Assembly (NCBI GenBank): GCA_051047955.1 | Contig: JBPGPT010000008.1 | Span: 558,001 to 622,000, forward strand | DNA length: 64,000 bases | Direction: 5' to 3' | Origin: Cystobasidiomycetes sp. EMM_F5 | Taxonomy: Eukaryota | Shown here: in pieces, positions 1-13,800 of the stretch | Layout: each line of letters opens with the position of its first letter | Numbering within the stretch: position 1 is the first letter of the stretch | Position numbers and translations under genes: made by a program | Notes under the pieces: model-generated | Told to the model about the DNA's origin: nothing | The model's database searches: none | The model's input: the letters and a program-made list of their open reading frames with translations, nothing else

Positions 1-143
1 AAGTATAGTGGCGTGCGAAGCCGGCGAATATGTTTAAATAGTCAAATAGAAGGCTACATTAATGTACTATGCTATTATATTGTACAAGAGCATCGGAGTT
101 TGAAATCATTCCAAATCGATCCAAATCTTGGTCACAGCAGTCT

Positions 144-2125
144 TCAGCCACTTCGATAATACCAGACGGGCCCAACAGGCGACAACTCCTCGCGATTGAC
201 ATCGCTCCATATTCCGTAGACGCCACGGCCGCCGACTTCGACACCGGCAGTGGACCACCTGTCCTCGCCTCCGTATCTAAGCGAAGATCGAGTCAGCCAA
301 GGTTCAAGGCTAGGGAGTGGTCAAGCTACACGTACCGCACTATAAAATTCCAATAGCGACTTCCATCCTCAAGCATCTCGACCTTGCCGGTAAAAGTTGA
401 GCCGTGCGGTCCTGTACTCTGACCCTTGAAGCGCAAAGGCGGGTAGGCCATGCCTTGATGCGCCTCTTCCTCTTCCTCTGTCTCGTCCACCAAGGATAAT
501 CTCATAGAATTGACCCCTCCGACGGCCTCTGCGACATCAGCAAGACTTTGCAACGCCCCGCCCCGATTCAGTCTCCGCAACACTTCCGCGTCATCCTCTT
601 CATCGTCCTCAGACGTGCTCTCTTCGCCATTCGGGACGAAATCTGAATCTTCCTCCTCGTCCGAAAGATCTTGGTGCGCTTCGGGTGAAGCTAGTGGACT
701 TGCTTGATCCGAGGGACCAGCCTCGCTATTTACCGTTGATGACTCAGTATCTACGGTCTCTCCAGCTGGTAGGAACTCTTCCAGCGCATCTGTCACGATA
801 TTCTGCATGGCTAGCAGATTATTTCGTCGATCCATGTGATTGTAGGCGAAAAAGTCGCTGTTTGTCAGAGGCGAAGAACTGTGAGACTTGGGTAATGTGT
901 CGGGGTAGCGCGTTCAAAAACTCACGAATAATCGAGGAAAGCGTATATATAGCTCCACTCTCCTTCTACCGCCGCCCAATCCCGACCCGGGCCTGGCTGC
1001 TTCCAAAAGACTGCATGCTCGAAACCGTATGGCAACATTCTCATCTCATCTTCAGTGCCCCACTAGAGTATTGTTCAGCTTGAGTCAAAGTATTATACGC
1101 TGGCATTGTCTCACCTGCCGCCATGCGCTTTCGATATTCAAGGACATGACCATACTGATATTATCCAACATCTTGTAGTCCGGCAGCAATGTTGTTTTTC
1201 CATTTGAAGTCTTGGTCTGCATAAAGGGTCCCCATAGATTATCGTCTGAAAAGTTGGCAATCCTGTATATCTCAGAGCGATGTGCAAGTCCATCCGAATA
1301 TTTCAGTTTGCGAATGTGTGCTCGATTTAGTGCGGCCAATCGTAAGCGAGCAGCCTGTTGCGCGCAACACTTAGCCGCAGACTTGGACAGAGGTAGACAA
1401 GAGGATTGGCCGCCTGGAGGATCTAGAAGAATGCGTGGGTCCAGCCAGTCGGCGATGTTTGCCTTGGAGCTCAATAGTCGGCGTAGGAAGGTCACATTGT
1501 TTGAGTCGCGGGCATCATTCGATAGATTACTGGAGGTCAGAAGGATGTCTAGCAGGACGCTTGTTACTGCAGCGCGATTGGCTGCTTTAATCGAAGCGTG
1601 AGGGCTATTAACGATACCCCGCGCACGTATCCGGGATTTGACGAGTCGTGCATAGTCTGGCACTTCGCTTTGCATATCGAAGCACGTCCTTGTACTTCCC
1701 TTCAGTATATCCTGCTCGGGATGGGTAAACACCTTTTCGGTGTTCCATTCGTAGCCGCCTCGCCGGCAAGTATTGAGGTCATCGAACAGATTGTGGAAGA
1801 GCCGGCAGTAGAGAGTCGCATTAGTCGCGGGATCAACGTGCGCATGTAATGCTCTGCAGGTCTGAGAGAGTGCCGCAACGTCTACGGGATCGAGGCAGTA
1901 CATGATGCCCTGGACAATGTCGTCGATGCTGAAGAACATATCCCGAGTCTTGTCTGATGCTGGCCCCGCCATGGCTAGCATCCTTCGTCTCTTGGTATCC
2001 AGGACAGACTCCTCGCCAGCTGGTCGTTTCAGTCGCTGTGCCCGCGTCAGCATTGATAGAGCAGAAACAAGATGTATGTGCCCGAAGTGCGGCGATAAGT
2101 CGGCAATCTCGCAAACAGATCGCAT
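144..2125 (-). CDS. F-box domain protein, copy 1 (multi-exon; fungal F-box family with uncharacterised C-terminal domain)
   Basis: F-box-like motif DDIVQGIMYCLDPVDVAALSQTCRAL in ORF 1085..2125. Spliced downstream exons give RDWAAVEGEWSYIYAFLDY, YPPLRFKG and a last exon YGGEDRWSTAGVEVGGRGVYGIWSD...PVGPVWYYRSG* (stop 144-146). Start is either 2125 or 2053. Confidence 0.8.
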
Positions 2126-2286
2126 AGCGATTACAAGTGGATTCGGTACATCAGCATATGATTATCAAATATTAAATCTATGCTACAGCCCGTCTGAAGA
2201 TCCGATGTCATTCTGAGCGTTCAAAGCAATACCGCCACCCATTCTTACTATTCCACGCACAAATACCTGTCAGTTAGAATACCGCA

Positions 2287-3884
2287 TCATCTCCGCTTCA
2301 TCCACCATACAGGTCCGCATCTGTCCAATTACATCAGCAACGGTCAAGCAGATATCTGAGGTGGGGTCAGCGGTGACTTACGGACTCAATCCATCATTCT
2401 GTGCTTGATTCACATCCGTCCAAGCACCATACATGCCTCGCTGGCCTACCTCGACACACTCGTGCCTCCATCTATCCATGCCGTCGTATCTATCCAACAG
2501 ACAATTAGTAGTGTCTTCGTATGCATAATCGAAAGCAGCGCACCGAGAGACTATACTCCAGTGCCGGTGTCCATTCTTCATCATGCGCACTGTACCTCTG
2601 ATAGCAACATCCATGCCATCGGCCTGTGCATCCCCTCTGAAACGTAACGGAGGGTACGGTATCCCAGCGTACGCCTTGATTTCTGTTTCCGTCGGTTCCT
2701 CCAGTTCAAGACGTACGAGTCGCCATCCCATAGCTTCCACCACACCGTCCAGAGAAGGCGGACTAGCCCTACTAGACAATCGAGCAGAGTATCGGGTCGG
2801 GCTAGCCGACGCAGCGAACTGCGCTCGTGATAGATCGCCAAATATCTCCAGCTTTAGATTGTATTGGAAAAAGTCTGAGAAATCGATAAAGACGTATGTG
2901 TATGCATATTCTCCTTCAACGTTTGCCCAGTCTCGGACATCTGGCGTGGGAGCAGGCGTCCAAGGAATTGAACGCACAATGCCGAAATCATTCTCTTCAC
3001 CAGTCGAACCCTCGAGACGCAGCGGACTTGAAGGGTCAATGCCCTACGGGTTAAACGAAGTGCAAATGTTAGCCGTGTCATATAAACTTGGGCGTTGTAT
3101 AAAGTGGACTCACGTGTATCGTAAGCGATTTTGAACGAATACCAGTCACGATCGCAATGTTTTCGACCATCTGCCAGTCGATGTGCAGGTTCTGAGTCGT
3201 ACTTGACCGGCGATGGAAAGGTCCATACCCGTTCATCTCGGTGAAGTTTCCGACCCTATACAAAGCCTCCCGGTACGGAGTTCCTTCCGAGTACCGCAGA
3301 CTACATGCGACTTCGTGCGAATATGCGACTCGGAGCTGAGAGGCAATCTCTGAGCATTGTAGTGGGTTTGGCACTTTTGCCTCTTCATTCATTTGAAAAC
3401 CATCCAAGGGGTATTCGGGAGCGGGGTGAGTGTTGATATGATTGAGTAGCCAAGCTTGATTATTTCCATCTGAAGTTGATGACGATGTTGCGGATTTAAG
3501 GATATCCAGCATGGTGGTCAGCACAAACAGTCTTTCCCGTTCCTGCTTGCGGAGTCAGCTTGAGCGTATAAACACACCCCCGTCACCACTCACTTTTACA
3601 TCCTTATGGCTGCTGGCGATAATCTTTGTAGCCCTTGTGCGACTCTTGACTTTGTCGGCATGGTTGATTGTGTCATCTGTGCGGGAAGCGTCCCAGAGGC
3701 GCGCATAACACAGCTTCCACAGCAGGTAGTTATCCTCGAAAGGCTCTACGAGGCTCCGGAGAGCTTTACACGATGCGGAGACTGCAGCGAGATCAACAGG
3801 GTCCAGATAGGATAGGGTCTTGAAGAGCAGCTCGGACGATAAGCCGAGCAATGGACAGGACGGGCTTGGTGGATATGCAGACAT
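2287..3884 (-). CDS. F-box domain protein, copy 2 (tandem paralogue)
   Basis: Canonical F-box LLGLSSELLFKTLSYLDPVDLAAVSASCKAL. Shares RDWANVEGEY, YPPLRFRG, RW..E.VEVG..G.YGAW.D and P.GP.WW blocks with copy 1. Last exon PCGPVWWMKRR*. Confidence 0.85.
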
Positions 3885-4105
3885 GGATGGATAAGTGGTG
3901 GTATCACAGAGATGCTACAGCGTATGTTGGAGCTAATCACAACCCAAGTCCGAACTGCGTCGGCATTTCGAGCATGGCTATCCGGTGGCGACAACATGTA
4001 CAACGTCAACGACTTCTTGTCCGGTTACCTTGTCGAGAATGCCCATAAATGCAAAAATTTCTCGCTCAAAGTGCCCGCTGATATCTCTTTCCAACACTCC
4101 AACTC

Positions 4106-5245
4106 ATGGCAGAACAATCTCCGACCGTGCTGGGTGTGCACCCTCGTGCAGATGATGACATGATTGACGCGGCCGACAGACCAAAACCGCCTGTCCGACA
4201 GCGTCAAACCTTCCAGGACAGCTGTCATGAAGAACCGGACGTTATCCTAGTGTACGTGCCATCGAAGTTTGCGACTTGCTCCACATTTGACGTTATCGTC
4301 ACTCCTTGAGCAGGTCTGACGATGGCGTTGAATTTCCGGCACACAAATCACAGTTGAGAGCGACATGCGATCTCTTTGCCGACATGTTTGAGCTGGCCCA
4401 GCGTGACAAAGGTGTCCCCGCCACTCAAATCACGGCCCTTCCTGAAATCCCTCTACTAGAGTCTGCACGCATTGCCGCATTGGTTCTTCCTCTCGCCTAC
4501 AGAAAGAGTCCTGCGAGCTTGTGCGAGCTGAGTGCTCCCATTCTGATGGGCTGTCTGAGGTTTGCCCATCGCCTCGGTATGCCATTGGTGGTAGATTGCA
4601 TAGAAAGCTATCTCATTTCGTTATAGTACATAGACTCGCTAAGGCACGACATGATCCAGACTGACGCCATATTTGCCAGCACATCGACCACATCCAGATT
4701 CTCTTATTGGCATGAAGACGTGTATGTAATGGCATGTCAGCTTGAACAAAACCGGTTGCGGCAAGCAATGCTACCGCAAATGGTCTGTAAATATAGCCTG
4801 ATGCAAGCGTTTGATCTATTGGATGAGCTCGGCGACTCATCATATGTCAGACCACTGGTGAGTTTGCAGTATGATCATATTTCGATTATCTGATAGGTTG
4901 CCTACTCAGCACGATGCGAAAGCAAGAGCCGTTATCGAATTTCAGTATATTCTTGATGGTTCTCTGGAAGAAGGTCCCTTCAATAACTCTCTTGCGTGTG
5001 ATTGCCCATCCGCAGACCAAAATTGCGATTTCAAGGATGAATTGATCGCAATCTACTACAACATTTACAGCTATTGCAGAGGCGAAGCAGAATCCACATA
5101 CAAAATGACGGAAGCTCTTCAAAAGGTATCTAAGGGAATCACTAAAATGAAACATAGCTGCGATCACTGGGAGAAACTCGATTCTAGCATCCAGAAGATG
5201 ATCCCTTTATGGGACCGAATGGTGGTGAATCCCTCCTACGTGTGA
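4106..5245 (+). CDS. BTB/POZ domain protein, copy 1 (4 exons)
   Basis: DVILV|SDDGVEFPAHKSQLRATCDLFADMF...PEIPLLESA matches the fungal BTB signature (S.DGV.F.VHK..L...S..F.DMF). GT-AG introns join ORFs 4106, 4306, 4651 and 4871. Confidence 0.8.
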
Positions 5246-5737
5246 CAAGCATCAACTTCGGGTACATCTCGAGAGGCGTTCATTGTATGGAGACGCTTTC
5301 ATATGGTCAGCAGCAAGATGAAGAGATGTTGGACACGGACATATTTCATGGCCAGTCGCGCATAGCTTCCGCTTGGCCAGATGGGAACACACCAATTGCG
5401 CTGGCTATCTCTTACAAAAGTTGTCGATAAATCTCAGCTATCTGGCCGCAGGGACTTTACATGTCAGTTATCATAATCTCTCTGACTGATCAGCTGCCGA
5501 TAGACGAAGCGGGAATGATGAGAATGCAGACATGGATGATTGTAACGGTACGAAGAAACTAAACGTATGTAGCGCATTAAACACCGAGCCCCGCTGTTTT
5601 GTTAGCGATTCGGCTAGATCCGTCTGAGTCAATGTCAACGTCTCCGTCTCCGCAAACGGTCAACATGCCCCGAGACCATGCAATTAATACCTTTGCCCTT
5701 TGATGCGTTATAATGTCTTCTCCAACCTCTCCGACTG

Positions 5738-6840
5738 ATAGCAGAGCAGTCTCAAGTCGTGCCGAGCGTGCGAGCTCGCGAAGCTGATTTTGACGATGGT
5801 CGACTGCCTTCACCTCCGCCTGCTCGACAACGCCGCAAATTTCAACACAGCTGCAGCGAGGACCCGGATCTGATACTGATGTGCGGTTTCGTCAATGCGC
5901 AGTTTCCCGTCGCCAGTCTGAGACGGACCATCTCTCTTCCAGCTCCGACGATGGCATCGAGTTTCCCGCTCACAAAAGTCGCCTGGTCACGGCGTGCGAT
6001 CTGTTCGCAGACATGTTTGACATTGCAAACCCGAATATAAGGGACTCTGCGTCGGAAAGCCCCGACGATATCCTCGAAGTTCCCTTGCTCGAATGCGCGC
6101 AAGCCATCGGCTTCGTCCTCCCGCTGGCTTACCGAAACGGCCCCGGAAACTTGTCTGGACAAGACTACGATACCCTGATGCGGTGTCTGAAATTTGCCCA
6201 TCGGCTAGGTATGCCTCTGGTAGTCGACTGTATCGCGCATTACCTCTTCCCACAGTACGTCGCCTTGTCGTGCGCGTCCGACACCATATTGTCTGATTCT
6301 GGACTAAACTCACAGCATAGGAGATCATACCCGTGAGATCTATCGTACGGCCTGTGAGCTGGACATCGAGCGGCTGCGGGATAGGGCCTTGCCAGACATG
6401 ATTACTGAATACAGTCTCCTGGACGCTTTTGATCTTTCCACCGAGCTTGGTACAACCCAAGCAAGAGTCATTGTGGGGGTTTTAACCCTCTATTGAATAT
6501 TCAGCCCGTTAATCTGCATCACCTTCAGCACCAAAAGAAGCGAAAAAACATAAAGGCCTTTCAGAAGATTCTCGATGACCTTCAAGCACCTTCACCTCAT
6601 AAGTACTCTGTACGGTGCAAATGCACACATCCCGACAACATACCGGACATGACGCAGCAGATTGGGGCAGTCTATTGCAACCTGTACAGCTATTGTATGG
6701 GCGAAGATGAGGTCGGAATGGTCACGGCTCTCGAGGAAATGCAGACAGAAGCCAAGACTTTCAAGCACCACTGCCCTCATTGGAAATCGATTGAACCCAG
6801 CACACAGCGACTGATAACGCTATGGCAGGAGATGTCCTAA
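5738..6840 (+). pseudogene. BTB/POZ domain protein, copy 2; start codon appears mutated to ATA (possible pseudogene or non-AUG start)
   Basis: DLILI|SDDGIEFPAHKSRLVTACDLFADMF with the same intron layout as copy 1. The position homologous to copy 1's ATG GCA GAA CAA TCT reads ATA GCA GAG CAG TCT (5738), with an in-frame TAA 9 codons upstream. Confidence 0.6.
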
Positions 6841-7125
6841 ATCTAGCACGAAGGCACCACAACGGATGAATTGTCATCCTTCCGCATTGTCTGCGGCAGT
6901 GTCCAGCTGGAATATTGCTATGCAGGGGTCTGTGCCACACTCATCGACGAACGTTCGGTGTAATTGACAGACGCGACTTTGTAAGAAAATTGTGCATAAT
7001 TGCCTCTTTTTCGACACTGCAATTGGATTGCAGTCGGTCATGCTGCGCACTCGTTGTTCTGTCCGATTAGGTATGCCATGGCACAGTGCACAACATCGCA
7101 AGCCTTTCCTACCCGAATGGTAAAG

Positions 7126-8306
7126 CTATTGACGAGGGATTCCGCGAACGACAACTGCAGGCTGTCCGACACATTCAAAGTCCAAACTCCGCCTGAACCC
7201 TCTGCGCGTACTCCACGAAGACAACTCCATCTTTCTTTGTCGACGTAACAAGCAGCGTGTGGCTATAAGCGACCCCATCAGCACGACCAGTACTGATGGC
7301 ACGCCGACAGCCAGACCGATAATCGTACTCTTTGGCACTGATGTTGCGCCTATCGTATCAGGAAGACTGACAGGAGCTTGCATGCTTGCCATTGATGCGG
7401 TGCTACTAGCTACTGATGGTAGACTTGACGTCACCGAAGCCGTATCAAGGGTACTCATCGCATCCGTACGGCCGGGGCTTGAAGTCGCTCTGGATATCGG
7501 TGATTGAGATTGCATTCCGGTTGTGAAGCCAGAGACATTTGCTCCGTTCACCATCACCTGTACCGTCTGTGCGGACAGGGCTTCCGAACTCCTGCTCGTT
7601 GGTGTCCCGGGTAAGGCGCTTGAGACTGTAGCGGACGCAGGTGCTAGAGGATTGTCGGAGCTCAAGAAAGCATCTGGTAGAGGTGAGGGAACGGGTACTA
7701 CACTTGCAGATGAAGGTCTACGCTCGAAGTCAGCAACCGAATAATCATAACCGGCAAAATCCGCATACCCTGCTCGCGTTTCGTGCCCTATTTCGAATCT
7801 GGCAAAATCTACTGCTTCTCCCGGTTCTCCAGTGTGTTCGATGCGAATACAGTGCTGAGGAAGGGAAGCATCGAGTGCTGGCACAAAGCCTGAGTCGAAA
7901 AGCGTCTGGTTGACAAGTTTGCCGTCGCTGCCTGAACTTCGTGACGTGCCAATGAATGTGAGAGTGTCAAGAGTGATCAGGAATGAGCTGCTTCCTCCGT
8001 TTGCACGAGCTCCGATGATATGGACAGTACTGCCTGTGGGCAATAATGTAAGATGAGTGGCTACAGAATGTATCAGCCCATTGAAGGTGCACCTGTAAAG
8101 TTGAGAGAGATGGAAGAGCCTGGAGAGATGGAGAATCTCCCTTGCCCGTCCGATGTGGTTTTCCACTGGTCTTCCGGTTCGTAGATGATCCGGCTGTCTC
8201 TGAATGTGACGTTCTCGAAGACGGGCGCAGCCTGTGAGCGTATGAACAGCGAAGAGGTCAGACCAAGAGCGAGAGTAGCGAGAGTCTTGCGAAGAGAGGG
8301 CATCAT
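7126..8306 (-). CDS. Secreted/single-pass membrane protein with Ser/Thr-rich stalk (cell-surface, Mid2-like architecture)
   Basis: Signal-like N-terminus MMPSLRKTLATLALGLTSSLFIRSQA. One intron after LNFTG. S/T-rich region, then TM helix IIGLAVGVPSVLVVLMGSLIA followed by a basic RRQRK stop-transfer segment. Confidence 0.75.
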
Positions 8307-8585
8307 ATGGGGTATAGAATGAGGCGCAGCCTGAGAATGTCGTCCTGCGACTGTGCAGAAACGTGCAGGAAAGCGAGACCTGCTCGATGATCAGAATACA
8401 ATCAGTCAGTCAATTGGTACTCAACCATCAGCATCGTCAGCGCAATCCCTCAGTATCCTTTCGTCAATTTACACGTCGCCGTCATGAAATTCTGCCTATC
8501 TACCATGCGACCGAAAGAAATCAGCACGTCAGCTCGATATTTCTTGACATTCTGATGACCCTGACATCAACAGAAGACCTCTGCA

Positions 8586-10672
8586 ATGGCGGCCCATTGT
8601 ACGCTGAGCCGCTCATCACAAGTCATTGACGGCTAATAACGCCCTCTTGAAATGTCGATGTCGCAGTGTCCGAGAAAGCAAAGGGAAAACGGCGAGCTGT
8701 TGATGCGGATACTGACGATATCGACATGGGCGATGGCTACGATGTGCCAATGCAGGAGTACGGCGCTCCTGACGGGAATGACTCAATGTCGCGTTGGCCG
8801 CAAACAGAAAGCTTTCAAATGGATCTCGAGAGTTCTGACGACGAGCAGGATAACGCATCTACCTCAGCATCTCTTCGTAGTGACGACGAGGTCATGGAGA
8901 TGTTGCGCAGTCCAGAAGGACGGATCAAAGGCTCGAAGCGGACAGGCCCGTCACAGTCACAACATACAAACGGGTCTTTCGTCAAGCACAAACGGAAGCG
9001 GAACAGCACATCAGATGTTTCTGATAATGAGGACGTGTCTGACACGAGTACAGGATGTTCTGAACCTGAACGAGAGCTTGGAGGTTCGATATCACGCGCC
9101 GCTCGGATGCGGGCTGCTTCCACAGAAGACGATGGTATACGCTCATCGAGTTCGTCATCCAGCAGCTCGTCAGACTACGACGAGCCGGATAAGTCTACAT
9201 ATACAAAAGAACAGCCTGCACATTCAGCTTTCAGAAACGGAAAGTCAGGCAAATCGTTCGTGACTGCTTCTCGCGGCGAAGCTTACCTCCATGCAATGTC
9301 AAGACCCGCAAAGAATTCAAATAAGAAGCTGTCTGATACATTCACGATACACAAACCATTCACACAGAAATCGCTACTCGCGGCTTTGAGTAAGGCTGAT
9401 TCCGCCTCCGGCTCAACCACTGGTGGTATGGCTTCGCACACCCAGCAGCAATTGCAAGACATCGAGAATGCATACCGTAATTTCTTTCAGCAATGGTCAT
9501 TCGAACTAGCCGAGGGCTTTTCCGTCTTGTTGTACGGACTCGGTTCGAAGATACGCGTCTTGGAAGCCTTTGGAAAACACCTTGTGCAGAAGGAGCGACG
9601 AAAGCACAATCAAGCGCATCGACGTGGCAAGGTCATTATCATACGAGGCTTCATGGCAGCTCTTAGTCTGGATCAGCTTCTACGATCACTCGAAGAAGCT
9701 CTTCTTCCTGCTGGTATGCTGGACGAAGCTGCACGACAAGGCAAATCCGCTGCAAAGCTTGACCAGCGCCTCAGCAGCCTCCTTAGCTATCTGACTAGTC
9801 GCGCATGCCCTTGGACGACCGACAGGCCAATTTGGCTGATCGTCCACAATATTGACGGGGTTGCGCTCAGACCTTTTCGAGCGCAAAATATATTGTCGAG
9901 CTTGGCTGCATGTCCGGCAGTACGCGTGTTAGCGTCATTCGATCATGTCAAAGCACCAATACTCATGACGACGTTCACTGCGCGCAGCAGAAGTCGCTTC
10001 GGCACACCCCCTTTAGATCAGCAGGACGACAGTGGTGCAGTCCATCTATCAGACGACGAATCGCCTCGCCAGACCCAAACAAAGCGTCATAGAGGCTTCA
10101 ATGCCATATATCATCACATCCCTACTTGGCAGCCGTACACCGTCGAGAGCTTACTCAGCGGAGCTCTAGCTTCGGTTGTCCCGCCAGCCGTATTCATGTC
10201 TGATGCCCATATTACCGCTTCTGCCATGAACGGAGCAGGAAGAGGGTCGTCTGAAGATCGCGCGAAGGCAGCCTACTTCGTATTGGCCAGCTTACCGCAA
10301 AAGTCAAAGCGTGTCTTCCGAACCCTAGCGGAGAGGCAAATGGCTCTAATGAGCACAGCCTCATCTGCGGCCTCAAATGGCGTAGATGTCGAGAGAACGC
10401 CAACTTACGCAACGAGCTACGCTACCCTTTTCGCTATTGCGCGGGACGAGCTTTTCTTGGGTAACGTCATACAGCTGGAGGCTTTATTGCGAGAGTTCCG
10501 CGATCATCACGTCGTTCTATCTAGCTTGAACCGGCCGGAAGGCAACGTGGAGGATGGTGATGGCGTCTCAGATAGAGATAGGGCAGAAGCGGGCCAAAGA
10601 GCTGGCGAGTGGCTCTGGATCCCAATCGACAAGGAAGATCTCGAAGAACTGCTGGAAAGGTTGCAAACGTGA
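8586..10672 (+). CDS. ORC2: Origin recognition complex subunit 2
   Basis: ORC2 motifs FQQWSFELAEGFSVLLYGLGSK, LIVHNIDG..LR, ASFDHVKAP and LLREFRDH. A short first exon ATGGCGGCCCATT (8586) is spliced to TGTCCGAG, giving MAAHLSEKAKGK. Confidence 0.93.
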
Positions 10673-10835
10673 TAGCAAGCATGAAAAACTCCCATGGAGG
10701 CTATGTCTTGCGTATTAGCGTACTCTCCCATCACAATTACTGCGGAAATGCCAAAGTCTACCGAATATAACGACTACCACGCTCAAGCCAAATCTTCCCA
10801 CTGTCCACTGTTTAGCATGCCTGAATCATTCCAAG

Positions 10836-13800
10836 CTATCTCAGACGCGATTTGAGCGGTGTCACCAGGGGCGAATCAGCAACTGCGTCCAGGTTGAAAT
10901 AACTCCCAGTTGTTGATAACATCTGGCAATCCGACACATAGCTTAGCGCTTGCTAGGAAAATCGAGAAGGCAGCGTACCGGAGACTCGTGAGACAGCAGG
11001 GACAGCCCGTCCAGAGACCCGGAGCGACGTCTTCCGCGTTGTGCTGATCCGGGTGCAGTAGCTTGCAGCAAAACATCACGGATAGAACCTTTCTTGAGCA
11101 GCGCCTTTTCCAGACTAGCAGTTTTCTGCATCTCACAATAGTCTCACTGTCAGCTGTACGCACAGAGGACGTCAAGTGTCAATACCTTTCGTTCTTCGGC
11201 CAATTGTGCAAGAGCATCTTGTTGCACCGCTCTAGATCTATCCAGACTGTTCTGCAAGTGCAACAGCTTGTCTGACCACTCTCTCGCAGCTAGTCTCCTC
11301 TCGGATTTGAGTGCGGTCGCGGTATCCTCGTTGGCCAGGATAACCCGGAACTCCCGACATTGCTAATGTCCTTGCATCAGACCTCGTAGCAGGAACTCGG
11401 TCGTGTGCGACCCACCCTTTCCAATTCTTCGTTGCGTTTCTTCAGCGCATCAATCGCTGAGTTCTCCGATCCTGTCGTTGGATCTGCCGAGTTCGGTCGA
11501 GAAGCCAGGTCTGCTTTGAGAGCAGCAATCTCGTCTTGCTGACGCTCATTAGTCTCTTCTAGCTCGCCGATCCGATCTTGTGCGTCAAGCAGTTGTTCCT
11601 GGAGCTGCAGGTGACCATATACATATAGCAGACTACATTCAATCAAAGACGCGAAGCTGTCTTTACCTCACTTACGTATGGAAGCTCGGCGGGTTTTACA
11701 GGCTTGACTGGACTGACAGGCCTCGGTGCCTCATCTCTCGCATCATCAATATTTTTCGCGTTGACGATATATGCACGAATTTTGGCCATGTCTTCTTTGG
11801 CTTTTGCAACTTCGGTATTGACCGGTGCTCCTGTACGCTCCGCGTAGCTTCCGCTGTTCTGACGAGGCGTGGCAGGTGCAGATGGTGTTCCGGTCGCCTG
11901 CTCCAGCTGCGAAATGTACGCAGTCATCTCGGCAATCTAGGAAGTAAAGTAGTACATCAACCTAGAGCGACTAGCTAGCATATGGTGAGTCCCATCATCG
12001 ACTTACAGTCTGCTCGTATCGACAGATGAGCGCCTTGTCGCCAACGACTTCGTTCCTCTCCGCGTGTAGTGTCACTTTCTTGACTCTCTGAGCGAACTTG
12101 AGAGTACTCGTACTCTCCTGTACGGCCAGGGGACTAGGATTGATGGTGCAGATCACTGCCACACGAGCTTCGCCCGACAAACTAGGTTGTAGTATCTGCG
12201 TGAGTTTGCTGTCACGGTACGGGATGTGCGCCGGAGCCTTGTGTTCAGTCAACGCTGCAATGACCTTCTCAAGCGTCAGCAACGATTTGTTGATGAAGGC
12301 TCCTTCCATCCGCCGATCCGCTTGAGATGTTGCTTTTTCTGAACCAGCTAGATCAATCAAGGACAATCGAGAAGTCACAACTGCTCGGTCATCGTTGTTG
12401 TTCCCCAAGCGATGCAGACCTGGCGTTTGAGGTCGATTGAACATCCCGCTCGTTCTCGCGTGTGACCGTGATTCGACATCGCGTGATTCAATTACCTGCT
12501 CAGAGCACTTAGTAAAGTCCGCAAGATTATGCAATGCGTCACTGTCTCACCATCTGAAAGACGGTATGACTTCTCGAGCTCCGAGCATTATAGTCCGTCT
12601 GTCCCGTATGCCTATTCAGTTCACCTCTCGCTAAGAGTTGCGAAACATGCTGTTCGTTTGTGACGACTTCTTCGCGCAGTGGCGAGACAAAGAACCGTCG
12701 TTTGTCGTCTTGCCGTACTTTGACCTGGCCTGCAGTCTCGGGTGCTAACAGATCCTTCAGCTGTTCATTGTAGATTTCGATATAGGAAGCGCGCAAGAGG
12801 AATTCCTTGCGGGGATGAGATCGAATGTAGGCGAAAATATCCGAGACTGCTTGAGGTATAATACCAGGATTCTCTGAAGTTCCGCTCTGCGCACAGACCC
12901 TCAGTATATGCATGTACTCCTGGTCTCATGAACTCACCAGCGTGAATGTCTTGCCTGAAGCCGTTTGGCCGTAGGCAAAAATGACGGCATCGAAGCCATT
13001 CATGGCAGACCCGATAAGCTCTTTCGCTGCATCTTCATAGACGTTTTTGTTGCCGGAACCCGTCACAACAGCATCTGATAGGAAAATGCGTCGGCAATCT
13101 TGGAGTTATGTTGGTCTGAGGGAGACTATACTCACCGAAATGATAGTCTGACACTTGTTTGGTCTCGTCCGCTAATGTTATCAGTCCAGTCTCAGAGTCT
13201 GCAATCCAAGCTTCTTCGAGATGTGCAGGGTTGACATATCCGCTTGAGAGCATTGCGGGACCAACAGCCGGCGGCCGGACTCTTACGCATACCAACACGT
13301 TTTCCTGTCTTGGTGCGTTCAAGACTGAACCGGCAACAGACACGACTCTGGAATGTCCCAGTCTCAAATTTGCTAGAGCGCCGTTCAGTTGACTACCGCT
13401 TGGTGAGTCCCCGTCATCATCGATACTGGCCGCACTGCCATTAGGATCTGCACGTATGATACTTTCTGGACCATAGTCGTCCATCCGAGAAGCAGGGCGC
13501 GATATACCTCCTGATGCATGGTCGCCTCCAGCTCTGCTTGCTGGTCTGGCGATAGAAGCTGGTACAGCAGGAACTGCCGGCCTAGTTATGGATTTCGAGC
13601 GTGGCCGAGCAGAGGAGGATGGAGTTTGTGGGAGACGCGCATGCGAAGATGACAGAGACGAGCTTGGCCTATCTGCATTCTCAGCCCCGGGCACTGCTAC
13701 TTTTCTTTTCGGTGCCGAACCAGAGGTGACCCTCGCCCGAGCTCGGAGGTCTGACGCAGAAATCATGTTGTTTAGTCTTGGAGTTGGGGGAACGAAGGAC

